From NCBI GenBank assembly GCA_963771865.1, contig CAVYVJ010000024.1, positions 48,757-112,756 on the forward strand: a stretch of DNA of 64,000 nucleotides, written 5' to 3'. The notes under the pieces are model-generated. The model ran no database searches. It saw only the letters and a list, made by a program, of their open reading frames with translations, and had not been told where the DNA came from. This document shows positions 42,652 through 52,337 of this stretch, piece by piece. Source of the DNA: an uncultured Verrucomicrobiae bacterium (GTDB taxonomy: Bacteria > Verrucomicrobiota > Verrucomicrobiia > Chthoniobacterales > UBA10450). How positions within the stretch are numbered: position 1 is the stretch's first letter; the number at the start of each line of letters is the position of its first letter. The translations under genes were made by a program, and so were the position numbers.

Positions 42652-42665
42652 AGACCGCCGCTACA
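42581..42665. repeat. REPIN-like doublet TTGTAGCGGCGGTCTATGACCGCC / inverted copy
   Basis: The 24-nt perfect inverted arms are at 42581-42604 and 42642-42665. The right-hand unit holds the TAG stop of the upstream gene (42661-42663) and the ATG of the downstream gene (42649-42651). Confidence 0.85.
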
Positions 42666-45180
42666 ATGCTTGCTTCTTTCCCACCCGTTGCAGGCCGAGA
42701 CGGAACGCCGCGACATCCACGAGCTCCGCTACCCGCTGTTTCAGCCGGCGCGCGCGTGACCCGAGGAAAAGGAGAAAGAGGACGTAGGGAATAAGAATGC
42801 GCAGATCGACCCCGGCGCTGTTCAGTTGCCGATAGATGATCATCGCGAGGATGAACAAATTGATGATGACGGTGGTCGTGACGAAGCGATAACGCAGGCG
42901 CACCCTCGTCAGGCATTTCAGTCCGCCGTGATACTCGGTCACGGTTTGCAGGATGATGCTCCAGAAGAAATTGCCATAGATCTGGATGTCCCATTCTTTC
43001 CAGCCGGTATCGGCCGAATAGCTCCAGCCTTCTTCTTCGAGCAGTTGGAAGGTCGATTTGAGGAGCGCATTTCGCTCGACGCCTTCTTCGCTCCAGTAAT
43101 TGCGCCGGCTCAGTTTGCCGCGCCCCACCGCCTTCGACGGCATTTTCTCGTGTGTCCCGAGGACCCCGCGCGGCGTGCGCTTGAATTGCAGCCAGGTGAA
43201 ATAGCGGTTCCAACCGCGCACCAGCGGCTGCGCAAAAGCCAGCGCCATGACGAGCAATCGCGCCGGGGCGGTGTCGAATCTCGGTTCGATCCGCGCCCGC
43301 AGCATATAGGAGAGCGCGACGCAAAGCGTGCCGCCAAGCATGAGATACGGCACGATGCGCAGGATCGGCAGGAAGATTCCGAGGCCGAAAAGAAAGAGGG
43401 TGAGCGCGAACCACTCGACGCTGCTCACATAATTGGCGATTTCCGATTGCTGCGACGGATAGATCGACTGGAAAAAGCCTTCGCCGAAGATCCCGTGATA
43501 AATGATCGGCTGATTGATGAACCAACTGAAGCGCGGCGAGCCGTAAATTTGCCCGCGCCATTTCGCCGTGCCGGTCGGGCCGAAAAAAATAAGATGCTTG
43601 AATCGGAGCATCGATTCCGCTTCGCCATAGCCGGCCTGTTGTTTGCGAAATGCGCCTAACGTGAAACGCCGATGATGCCAGACAATCGCCGTCGGGCTAA
43701 AGGCGATGACGTGGCCTTCCTGTTGCAGACGCCAGCAGAAATCGACGTCGTCGCCGGCTTTGCGATACTCAATGTCGAAACCCCCGACGGTGTCGAAGGC
43801 CCAACGATAAAAGGCCATGTTACAACCCGGGATGTGCTCCGCCACCGTATCGGTTAGGAGCACATGGCTCGGACCGCCCGGCGCCGCGGCCACACACGCT
43901 TGCACCCAATTTTCTGCCGGCGGCGAGATATTCGGCCCGCCCACGCCCGCGTAATCGCCGCTCACGAGCGTGCCGATCAAATAATAAAGCCAGTCCGGAT
44001 CGGCCATGCAGTCGGAGTCGGTGTAGGCGAGCACTTCGCCCTTGGCCGCGGCCGCCCCGGCATTGCGCGCGTAGCTCAAGCCGTGGTTGTCCTGCCGGAT
44101 ATAACGAATGTTTGGATAACGGGCCGCGATCTCCGGGGTGTTATCGGTCGAGCCGTCATCGACGAGGATGGCTTCGTAAGCCGGATAATTGATTTTGCCT
44201 AACGACTCGAGGCATGCCGCCAGCGTCTTGGCGCCATTGTAGGAACAAACGATGACCGAGACCAACGGCGTCCGCGGCAGATCGCGATGCGGGAGCGACG
44301 CATCATCCTGTCCAAGTTTTTTCTGGAGAGCGAAAAACGATTTCTTCGGCGTGCGATCGCGCTGCACGAGCCCGAAAGACCAGTCGGTGATCTCCTGTTC
44401 GCCGGTGTACCATTCGTCGGTCCAGGCGAAAAAGATCGTTCCGGCCAGGCCGCAGCGCACGACGCTGTCGACATGCCAGCTGAGCATTTCGGCCTGCTCG
44501 TCTTCGCTGTGGCGAATCGTGTCCATCCCGAATTCGCCGAGCATGAGCGGTTTTTCCTCCGCCAGGTTTTGCAGGCGCAGAAGGTATTTCTCGAAATCGC
44601 GCTGGTCGTGCAGGTAAACGTTGAAGCAGCAGAAATCGACATTCTGCGGGAGGAGATATTCCGTCGGCGGATAACTCGCGTAGGAAAAGAGAACATTCGG
44701 ATCCGCCTCGCGCCCGACCCGGATGAGCGTCTCGATGAATTCCGTCACCCGCCACACGCCCAGCCAGCGCACCATCGTGGTGGGAATTTCGTTGCCGACG
44801 AGATAGCCAAAGATGGCCGGATGCCCCGCGTGCTTGGCGACAGCAGCCCGGACCGACTTGACGATCTCGCGCCGCGTCTTTGCCCGCACGAGAAACTCGA
44901 CATGTTTGGCCCACGGGAGAGTGATCAACACCCGGACACCCGCCTCCGCGCAACAATCCAGAAACCAGCGCGGCGGCAGATGATAGATGCGCGCGACGTT
45001 GATCCCGAGCTCGCGCATCTGGGCGAGATCGCGCCGCGCCTGCTCCTCCGTGCCGAGATAATCGCCCGCCGCATCCGGCTTGAACGGCCCGTAGGTGGCG
45101 CCCTTGACGAAAAACTTCCGGTCGCCCTCGAAGAAGAACTTGGCGAGAGCACGGACGCGGACCGTTGGAATCAAGCTCAC
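42661..45180 (-). CDS. fusion protein: TIM-barrel glycosidase-like N-domain + GT2 glycosyltransferase + C-terminal membrane domain (exopolysaccharide synthase-like)
   Basis: The N-terminal region resembles GH2/GH5 (GINVARIYH, MLGEFG). The GT2 core has VSVIVCSYNG, LVDDGSTDNT and YTDSDC. Several TM helices occupy the last ~250 aa. Confidence 0.7.
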   Translation of the reverse strand: MSLIPTVRVRALAKFFFEGDRKFFVKGATYGPFKPDAAGDYLGTEEQARRDLAQMRELGINVARIYHLPPRWFLDCCAEAGVRVLITLPWAKHVEFLVRAKTRREIVKSVRAAVAKHAGHPAIFGYLVGNEIPTTMVRWLGVWRVTEFIETLIRVGREADPNVLFSYASYPPTEYLLPQNVDFCCFNVYLHDQRDFEKYLLRLQNLAEEKPLMLGEFGMDTIRHSEDEQAEMLSWHVDSVVRCGLAGTIFFAWTDEWYTGEQEITDWSFGLVQRDRTPKKSFFALQKKLGQDDASLPHRDLPRTPLVSVIVCSYNGAKTLAACLESLGKINYPAYEAILVDDGSTDNTPEIAARYPNIRYIRQDNHGLSYARNAGAAAAKGEVLAYTDSDCMADPDWLYYLIGTLVSGDYAGVGGPNISPPAENWVQACVAAAPGGPSHVLLTDTVAEHIPGCNMAFYRWAFDTVGGFDIEYRKAGDDVDFCWRLQQEGHVIAFSPTAIVWHHRRFTLGAFRKQQAGYGEAESMLRFKHLIFFGPTGTAKWRGQIYGSPRFSWFINQPIIYHGIFGEGFFQSIYPSQQSEIANYVSSVEWFALTLFLFGLGIFLPILRIVPYLMLGGTLCVALSYMLRARIEPRFDTAPARLLVMALAFAQPLVRGWNRYFTWLQFKRTPRGVLGTHEKMPSKAVGRGKLSRRNYWSEEGVERNALLKSTFQLLEEEGWSYSADTGWKEWDIQIYGNFFWSIILQTVTEYHGGLKCLTRVRLRYRFVTTTVIINLFILAMIIYRQLNSAGVDLRILIPYVLFLLFLGSRARRLKQRVAELVDVAAFRLGLQRVGKKQAL

Positions 45181-45286
45181 AAGGAGCGTTTCCTAGTGCA
45201 CGAGAGGGCGGGACGCAACCGCGCCGGCTTAACGAACATCGCGGGCTGCAAGTCGGACAATCCAAGCGCCATCAGAAATCAGGTCC

Positions 45287-45370
45287 GTTGTAGCCGGGAT
45301 CGGTGATCCCGGCTGGTCTAGGCGACTTGGCCAAGCCTCGCCGGCCGGGATCAGCGATCCCAGCTACAGC
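45287..45370. repeat. REPIN-like doublet (TGTAGCCGGGATCGGTGATCCCGGC family)
   Basis: GTTGTAGCCGGGATCGGTGATCCCGGC (45287-45313), a spacer with CTTGGCCAAG, then the inverted unit GCCGGGATCAGCGATCCCAGCTACAGC (45344-45370). The first 27 nt are identical to 53659-53685. Confidence 0.85.
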
Positions 45371-46882
45371 TAAGGCACAACCGTGAGCGTGAGATCGTTC
45401 CCATCGCCGCCTTCGTAATTAACTTGGAAGGTGTTGCCGCCGACCGCGATTGTCCCGCCATCGGGGAGGTTGGCAAACACCCCGCTGATCGGGATCGCGC
45501 TCGTATTGCTGATGACAGTGAAGCTCATGCCAACCGCTAGAGTCGTGGTGCCTTTGCCGCGCAGAAGAAATTTCGCGCCGCTTGTGATGCTCACTCCGTT
45601 GGCGACCACCTGGTCGGCTTTGGGATTGCGCGTCAGCGCAAGCTCGAACGTGTAGCTCCCGTTGTTCTTGAAGGTGAGACTCTTGAAAATCGTGAGTGTG
45701 CCCGGTCCCTTCACACCTGGGGCGAGGAAGGCTCTCCCGCTCGTCCCGTTACCAATCGTCACCGCACCACCAACATTGCATGTTCCTCCAAATATTCCGC
45801 CACTGACTGTTATGTTACCTGACCCGGTAGGAAAGCCACTAGCCGCTGCAACGAGTAACGTCCCACTGTTCACAGTCGTGCCGCCACGATACGTGCTGGC
45901 GCCACTTAGTGTCAAGGTTTCGCTGCCAGTCTTTACTAAAGAGCCACCACCACTCATCGTTCCCGCAAACGTGGTGTTCAGAGCGTTGCCGCCAACGGTG
46001 AGCTGCTGCGCGCCGAGACTTACGAGTCCCGTGCTGTCTCCTTCAAGAGAGCCGATGGTCATGGCCGAAGTAGTGACGTGAGAGACTAGATCCAAAATTC
46101 CACCGTTCACCAGCTTTATCTGGGCCGAGGCACCGGTAGATTTCCTTTCAAAATGAAGCTTTCCACCGTCCGCGATCAAAATAGCATCGGCGGCGGTAGC
46201 GGAATCAAAAAAACCGTTCACTCCATTGTGATAAGTCACTAATTGTGCTATTTCCGGCTGAGGCGGAATCGGAAAAGTCCGTAACGCCACCTAACGTATC
46301 GCCTTCTTCGTTGATGATTATACTGTTCGCAGCAGTTGAAAAGTCGTTGAATTGAATATTACCTTCGAGAAACCCCCCTCCGTTCCCTTTGTTTACAAAG
46401 GTTGCGCTCCCAGCGGTGCTATGATCATTAAAAGGGATCCAGAGCGAGAACGCACTCCCCCTGTCTTGGTTGGTATAGACGACATTCACGCCAGCAGTCG
46501 CGGTTCCGGTAAACGCGAGTCCATTAAACATGTCGAAATTCTGTGTCAGACCCGAATTGTTTATAACCCCCGCTCCATAAAAGGCTATGTAGCCAGCCGG
46601 ATTCTCGCTGACGTGAATCGTATAGGCGCTCGCGCCGGGATTGAAAACGATACTATCGAGGCCGAACTCATTAGCTATAGAGACGTCCGTTACATTTGAT
46701 ATATCAAACGTCGCGACATCAGTGTCTTCGTCTGGCACAGTTTCTGGTGTCCAATTGCCGGCCGTGTTCCAGTCATTGCTGGTTGGACTAAAGCTCCAAG
46801 TCGCGCTGTCTGCGAGGGCGCAGATTGGCAGAAAAGGCGAGCAAGCCAGCAGAATGACGGCATGGAGCGCGGGGATTCGCAC
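45370..46882 (-). pseudogene. secreted autotransporter-associated beta-strand (PATR) repeat protein; frame break ~46235-46255
   Basis: ORF 46205..46882 has a signal peptide and WNTAGNWTP. ORF 45370..46290 has PATR-type repeats (GGGSLVKTGSETLTLSGASTYRGGTTVNSGTLLV) and the ending NYEGGDGNDLTLTVVP. The ORFs overlap in different frames. Confidence 0.7.
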
Positions 46883-47181
46883 TCGCCCGTTTTACGGCCT
46901 CGTGCCCTGAAAAGTAAAGCCAAATCGCACCCCATTCTTCGGTGGAGAACTGAAAACTACCACACCACCCCGAGGAAACATTTCCGGGTCTGACAAAGAC
47001 GACGAATCTCAGCCTTTGGATTATTTGAGCCAGTTTTTGACTTGCCGAGAGCGACAAGACTGAACAGGATGGTCGGGATGAAGCCGTGTTCAACGAGTGG
47101 TTGTCTGGGCGACAAGCAGATTATACAGATTTTATCTGCCTTTAATTGCAGATTTTTGGGGCCGAAATACTCGTTAGGCCT

Positions 47182-47688
47182 ATGACGCTTCAGGACTGGA
47201 GTAATTTCGCACAAGTAATTGGCGCGATCGCCGTCGTCGTTTCGCTATTCTACGTTGGATTTCAGATCAAGAGGAACATGAGCGCGGTTCGCTCCGCTAC
47301 GGCGCAAGCAATTCACAACAACTATGCTGATTGGTATATGAATCTGATGGGCGATGCCGAGCTCAATCGAATCACACTCAAGGGAGTGAGAGATTACTCG
47401 TCACTCGATGAAATAGAGAAGGCGCAATTCATTGAGACATTCATGGCATTTATCTCTTTTTCGCAGAACGCCTTCTACCAGTGGCGCGCAAAGGCGTTGT
47501 CTTCCTGGCTTTGGGATGGCTGGGAATTGCACGTGATGAATTTTCTTTCTGCTCCTGGCGGAAAAGGGTTTTGGCAGGAACGCGGTTATGTTTTCGGGAA
47601 GGAATACCGGGACTATGTGGAGAAGGTCATCATGACGAAGAAGCCACCTCCCGAGGCCAGGCCCTTTGGCGTTTACAAGACCGGCTAA
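47182..47688 (+). CDS. hypothetical N-terminally anchored membrane protein
   Basis: ATG 47182 (MTLQDW) immediately follows a TCGTTAGGC copy. It has one TM helix (VIGAIAVVVSLFYVGF) and no recognised domain. Confidence 0.45.
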   Translation: MTLQDWSNFAQVIGAIAVVVSLFYVGFQIKRNMSAVRSATAQAIHNNYADWYMNLMGDAELNRITLKGVRDYSSLDEIEKAQFIETFMAFISFSQNAFYQWRAKALSSWLWDGWELHVMNFLSAPGGKGFWQERGYVFGKEYRDYVEKVIMTKKPPPEARPFGVYKTG

Positions 47689-47806
47689 CGGGCGGCCCGT
47701 TCTTATGTTCAGCTTTCTACGTTTCACCAAGTCAATCGCGACTCGCGCGGTCGCTGATCTTGAGTCTTGTTAACCTGCGCAGGCCCAGCACACTTCAGGA
47801 GAACTT

Positions 47807-48181
47807 ATGTTTGACCACGTCAAATTCGGAGTGAGCGACTATGCAGCGAGCAAAGCGTTCTTCCTCAAGGCGCTCGAACCGCTCGGCGTAGCTGTTGTCC
47901 AGGAGGGGCCGCCGACCTACGGGGTCGAGCTTAGCGCAAAGGATAAGGCTTCATTGTGCCTCTACCAAACCGAGGAGAAGCCGGCGTATCTTCACTTGGC
48001 GTTCACGGCCGAGAATCGCCAGCAAGTCGACGCTTTCTATCGCGCGGCGATGGAGGCGGGTGGCAAAGACCATGGTGCGCCTGGTCTGTGCCCGGACTAC
48101 CACGCGAACTACTATGCAGCTTTCGTCATTGGTCCGGACGGCCACAACATCGAAGCGGTTTGCCACGAACCCAAGGCCTAA
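47807..48181 (+). CDS. VOC (glyoxalase/bleomycin-resistance/dioxygenase) family protein
   Basis: At 124 aa, MFDHVKFGVSDYAASKAFF...HLAFTAENRQQVDAFY...GPDGHNIEAV fits the single-domain VOC fold. Confidence 0.75.
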   Translation: MFDHVKFGVSDYAASKAFFLKALEPLGVAVVQEGPPTYGVELSAKDKASLCLYQTEEKPAYLHLAFTAENRQQVDAFYRAAMEAGGKDHGAPGLCPDYHANYYAAFVIGPDGHNIEAVCHEPKA

Positions 48182-48265
48182 CCCTTCCATCGAGGGGACG
48201 TCCACAAGCGGGCTTCGCCCACTTGCGGCCGCCCCTCATGTCAAACGTTAGATGAAATCTAGCTC

Positions 48266-48613
48266 GTGAGCGAAGAACAATCAGTCAGCATGGAGGAAAT
48301 ACTCGGCAAGCGTGTTCTCATCGGCATAACACGCCTCGACCACAACGGCGAGCTCATCCGACAAGAGCAGCATCACGGCCGCGTCACTTCCGTCGGGAAG
48401 TCTATTCATATCCAGCTCTCGACCGGACGCAATTACCAGCTTCCACCAGACACTCGCTCGTTCCGTCGCGCTCCACCGGGCGAATATCGTCTCCGTTCCA
48501 CTGGAGAGGTTGTCGTCGATCCCGATTTCACAACATCCTGGACTGTTAACTCGCCTCCACCGGATTTTAAGCCAGACAAAAGCGTCTCATCAGATGCCGC
48601 CCCAGACATCTAA
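48266..48613 (+). CDS. hypothetical protein
   Basis: This is an open frame of 115 codons (GTG start) with no recognised motif. Confidence 0.35.
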   Translation: MSEEQSVSMEEILGKRVLIGITRLDHNGELIRQEQHHGRVTSVGKSIHIQLSTGRNYQLPPDTRSFRRAPPGEYRLRSTGEVVVDPDFTTSWTVNSPPPDFKPDKSVSSDAAPDI

Positions 48614-48660
48614 CTTATTTGCGTTAGGCGCTCCCAGACGCTTCAATTGAGCGAAAGCCG

Positions 48661-49047
48661 ATGACGTTGAAAAAAACCACCATGGCCAGCCTGGCAACGC
48701 TCGGTCTGGGTGCGTTGTTCACCGGCGCCGCCTTCGTGCAGGCGGCCGGCTTCTCCGCGCTGCTCAGCGGATTTAGCCTGTTGGCACTGAGCCCTTACGC
48801 GGTCTTCGGCTGCGCCTGTTTTCTTGCCGACAGCAGCCGTGGCCGAGCCATCGCCACGTTCGTCGTTTGTGCTTTAGCCACCGCGTTCGCGATCGTCTCT
48901 TATGGCAACCTCATCTTTCTCCACCCCGGTTCGATGAGCGGGTTGGTCTTTCTCTTCGTGCCCTTTTACCAGCTTCCCGCCGCGATCCTTCTTCTCGTCG
49001 TGGTGTTTTTTACCCGGCCGCGCAGCCGCAGCAGCCCCAACGCCTAA
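48661..49047 (+). CDS. hypothetical 4-TM membrane protein
   Basis: It has four hydrophobic segments and no recognised family. Confidence 0.4.
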   Translation: MTLKKTTMASLATLGLGALFTGAAFVQAAGFSALLSGFSLLALSPYAVFGCACFLADSSRGRAIATFVVCALATAFAIVSYGNLIFLHPGSMSGLVFLFVPFYQLPAAILLLVVVFFTRPRSRSSPNA

Positions 49048-49246
49048 GCATACATCTAAGGTAGCCCGTCAGATAAGTTGTTGGGGTTGGGGAATTGGGG
49101 TCAGCTTCGGAATCTTGCTCGCCTTCCTCGGGCGATTGCATCGAGAGGTCATGTCGGAACAGCGAGATTCTGAAGCCGCCCCTGTGCACTCTACCCCTCG
49201 CTGCCACCCCTCCAAGGAGAAAGGGGTGACCGGTACATGGCCTGAT

Positions 49247-49900
49247 CTAAAGTCCGGCTCGGGCCCGACTCTTACGCCATGCCAGAAGTCCTACGGCTCC
49301 AAATGCCAGCCCGCCGAGTGACTCTAGCTCGGGCACATCGTGACCCATTTTCTGACCGGCTTCGATTGTGTCACCCACGTCGCCATAGGCATAGTCTTTT
49401 AAAACGAATGCGGCGCCAAACGATGGGTGTGTCTGAATTCTTACCCAGCCATATTGATCGCCGCTTCCGTTATTGAACTTAAACCCAATGTAGCCAGTGC
49501 CCCTAAAAAACCCACCGAATTGATTGAAACTTGCGGTGTGGGCTGGAACAAACGGTGCGTTCGATATGAGTTGACCCCGCTTCACGTTGGATGCCTCGGG
49601 CCATCCGTTCGCAGTAGAAAAGCCCACCATAGATGCTCCGGCGAGACCGCCCACTGCAAAGCGATCGTAGCCGGCATAGGCTGTCCCGGTCGCATCGCTC
49701 AAACGAATGAAATCACCCTTCTGATCCAATCGGAAAACGAAACGATCGTTGCGGTTAATCACTTCGTTGATCGGTCCGCTGTAATGGATCGTCCCCTCGG
49801 CGGAGGGCGTGCAGGCGCATGCGCTCGCTATTCCTGCGGTTGCATAAGCCAGCCAACGGGGGTTTGGAATCGATGCGGATTTGCGCTTAAGGGCTTTCAT
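49247..49900 (-). CDS. PEP-CTERM-anchored secreted protein
   Basis: The C-terminal VPELESLGGLAFGAVGLLAWRKSR is a PEP-CTERM sorting signal. A signal peptide begins at Met 49900 (MKALKRKSASIPNPRWLAYATAGIASACA). Confidence 0.7.
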   Translation of the reverse strand: MKALKRKSASIPNPRWLAYATAGIASACACTPSAEGTIHYSGPINEVINRNDRFVFRLDQKGDFIRLSDATGTAYAGYDRFAVGGLAGASMVGFSTANGWPEASNVKRGQLISNAPFVPAHTASFNQFGGFFRGTGYIGFKFNNGSGDQYGWVRIQTHPSFGAAFVLKDYAYGDVGDTIEAGQKMGHDVPELESLGGLAFGAVGLLAWRKSRARAGL

Positions 49901-50247
49901 GCAGCGAGCTGAATGGAAAATCGAGAAGGAGTCAAGACTTTTTGCACCGTCTAGACCGGACCATACCATTAAACAATTTGTCCCAAGCATCCCACCACCA
50001 CCGCCAAAGCAAATACCGGAGGGTTACGACTTACGCGGCGCCCGCACCAAACACCTAAGCCGAAAGGATTCGCTAGTATGCGGCGATCCCTACCTTAATT
50101 TTAGAAACCGATCAGTCGTTGACCACTATCCGTGGGGATCCCTTGTGTTTAAAGATCAGTCTGGTTTCTTTACCGGATAGTGCCAAGGACATAGGCCGTG
50201 TTTAACCTTAACCGCAGGTCTCGACCCTAAGACCTTTTCCAGCAGCG

Positions 50248-51060
50248 TTACTCTTGGAAGGCTAGAAAATTCGGGATGCCGGCATCGCTGACGAAGACGG
50301 TTGACTCGCCATCCAGCTTATAGTTTAGGATTTGACCGGTGCCACGGTCGGCGACATAGAGGCTTCTGACGCTACCCTCTCCCGGGGCAAGCGCCAGTCC
50401 GTTTGGATCGGTCAGCTCGGAGGCGAAGCGATGCGTGCTGCCACTGGAAGAACGGAGAATCCAGATTTCCCCATTGCTAAGGCTGGTGTAGACCAAGGTC
50501 TCGCTGGTGTCGGGTCGGCGAAACGCACGCACTCCCTGCGGGTTCGCATTAAAACCCCAGACCGAGCTGCCTCCAGTGATAGTTAACCTTTCCAGGATGT
50601 TGCTGAAGGTAAAAAACGGGACGTGTCCGACCACGGCTACGTCCAAGATGGGATCGGCGATTGAAACCAAAGTCTGCGCCGGACCGCCGCTCAGGGGGAT
50701 CGTCAGAATCTCATCGCGTGCGCTGTTTGCCACCAGCAGGTTGTTGCCGTCAATCGCCAAACCCAGAGGAGTAAAAAGCCCACTATAGAAGGTTGTCTGA
50801 TGGCCAGCCGTGTCATACTTATAGATCTCGCCCGCGACCGCATCAGCCACATAAAGATTCTGCTCGCGATCGAAGACCAGTCCTTGCGGACTGCTCAGAC
50901 CGCTGGCGAAAATCGATTTGGTGCCATCGGGCGTATACACATCCACAGAGTTAGTTGCCAAATTGCTGACGTAGAGATCGCCTCGTGCGGCGAACAGATG
51001 AACGGAAGAGGCGGCCAAGAGGACTGCCGCAATCAGGAGAGACGTTCTGGTTACTTTCAT
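50248..51060 (-). CDS. secreted NHL-repeat beta-propeller protein
   Basis: It has a signal peptide and repeated ..SPQGLVFD..NLYVAD / TPLGLAID..NLLVAN / DPNGLALAP...LYVAD units. Confidence 0.7.
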   Translation of the reverse strand: MKVTRTSLLIAAVLLAASSVHLFAARGDLYVSNLATNSVDVYTPDGTKSIFASGLSSPQGLVFDREQNLYVADAVAGEIYKYDTAGHQTTFYSGLFTPLGLAIDGNNLLVANSARDEILTIPLSGGPAQTLVSIADPILDVAVVGHVPFFTFSNILERLTITGGSSVWGFNANPQGVRAFRRPDTSETLVYTSLSNGEIWILRSSSGSTHRFASELTDPNGLALAPGEGSVRSLYVADRGTGQILNYKLDGESTVFVSDAGIPNFLAFQE

Positions 51061-51288
51061 ACTCCCGGGTCATTACGGTAGTTGTCCTTTGCTTGTCAAT
51101 CTCAAAGCTCGCCTCTCGCTGTCGTTGCTGGAGGGCACCCATTGGCGATGCCGACGCGAGCGACGCCCACTTCCCTCCAAGGGTTTGTATTAAATGAGTG
51201 AGTTGGGGTGTCAGAGATAACGTCGGTGTCGGATTGTGTCTTAAGCTAGTTGGTAGCTGCCGGGTTCATCCGGTCCAATCGCTAAAGC

Positions 51289-52245
51289 CTAATCGCCCTG
51301 TGGGTGAACTCTCACGAGGACCTCGTTCGAACAGTTGCTTGAGCCCGCTACGCAGACCTGATAGACAAACGATCCGGTCTGGGTCCCGAGCCGATCCCGG
51401 GCTGATCCGTCATCGTCCGTGGTTGCAATAACCGCGCCATCTCGAATCACGTCGATCCTGCCGCTACCGGTTGAGTTCCATGCCAACGAGACAACGATAT
51501 TGCCTGCCTGCCGATGTTTGCTGGCGGCGAGAGTAAGGGTGGGACCGCCGTTACTGGTATTGGCACGGACGAGGAAGTTGCCGACCAGGCCATAGGTTTC
51601 AATCGTAGCGACCGGCAGTTCGTTGTCGGTCAGGTCCATGATATTCCCGTTGCCGGGGGTACTGTCTCCAGCAACATAGCTCCGGTTCGAGAAGGTTGGG
51701 TCGGTTTCATCGAATGCCGCAGGGAATTGTCCAGCGGCATGCGTGATCAGTAAGCCGACGAAGAAGTTTGGCGTCGTGATCGTCGCGCTGATGTTCGTCG
51801 TGATGAAGGTATCTGTCCCTGGTCAGCAACGACACCACTGGCAGTTGTGAGCAACGGCGTCGTCAGGATCTCCGTCGCCATTCGGATCGCTCCAAATCGC
51901 CACCGTGTAGGGCAGCCCATCCAGAGAGGGATCAAAGAAGACCGGCGTGCCCCAGGCAATATCAACTGAAGTAATTGTCTCTGAGCCCGGAATGACCGCG
52001 AACTCATTTAGCGCAATGGTATCGCCGCCAGCACTCAGCCCAATTGCGTCTTCGGACGTTCCGTCATCGATCATGTAGGTGTCAGCCGGAAAGAGCAAAT
52101 GGTGGATTGGATTAGTCGCATGATTAGATCCATGCGTTTGCCTGGCGGTTGACAGCCCTACTGAGGCTGCCTCTGCGCTCAGCGCGAATGAGCTTAACAA
52201 GGCCGCAGCCGTTAGTGTCACATTTTTCGCAGTTAAATGCTTCAT
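51289..52245 (-). pseudogene. secreted hypothetical protein interrupted by an in-frame TGA (51823-51825)
   Basis: The signal peptide MKHLTAKNVTLTAAALLSSFALSAEA begins at ATG 52245. ORFs 51823..52353 and 51289..51639 share one frame. Reading another frame between ~51852 and ~51817 (LLTTASGVVADQG) bypasses the stop. Confidence 0.6.
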
Positions 52246-52337
52246 AGGACCGCTAGCAGACCCGATCTCCGACGGAAAAGTCAAGCTTTTTCCGATTCGC
52301 CGCTCCAAAGCCAGCTTGGCACGCGAATAAAGATCAA

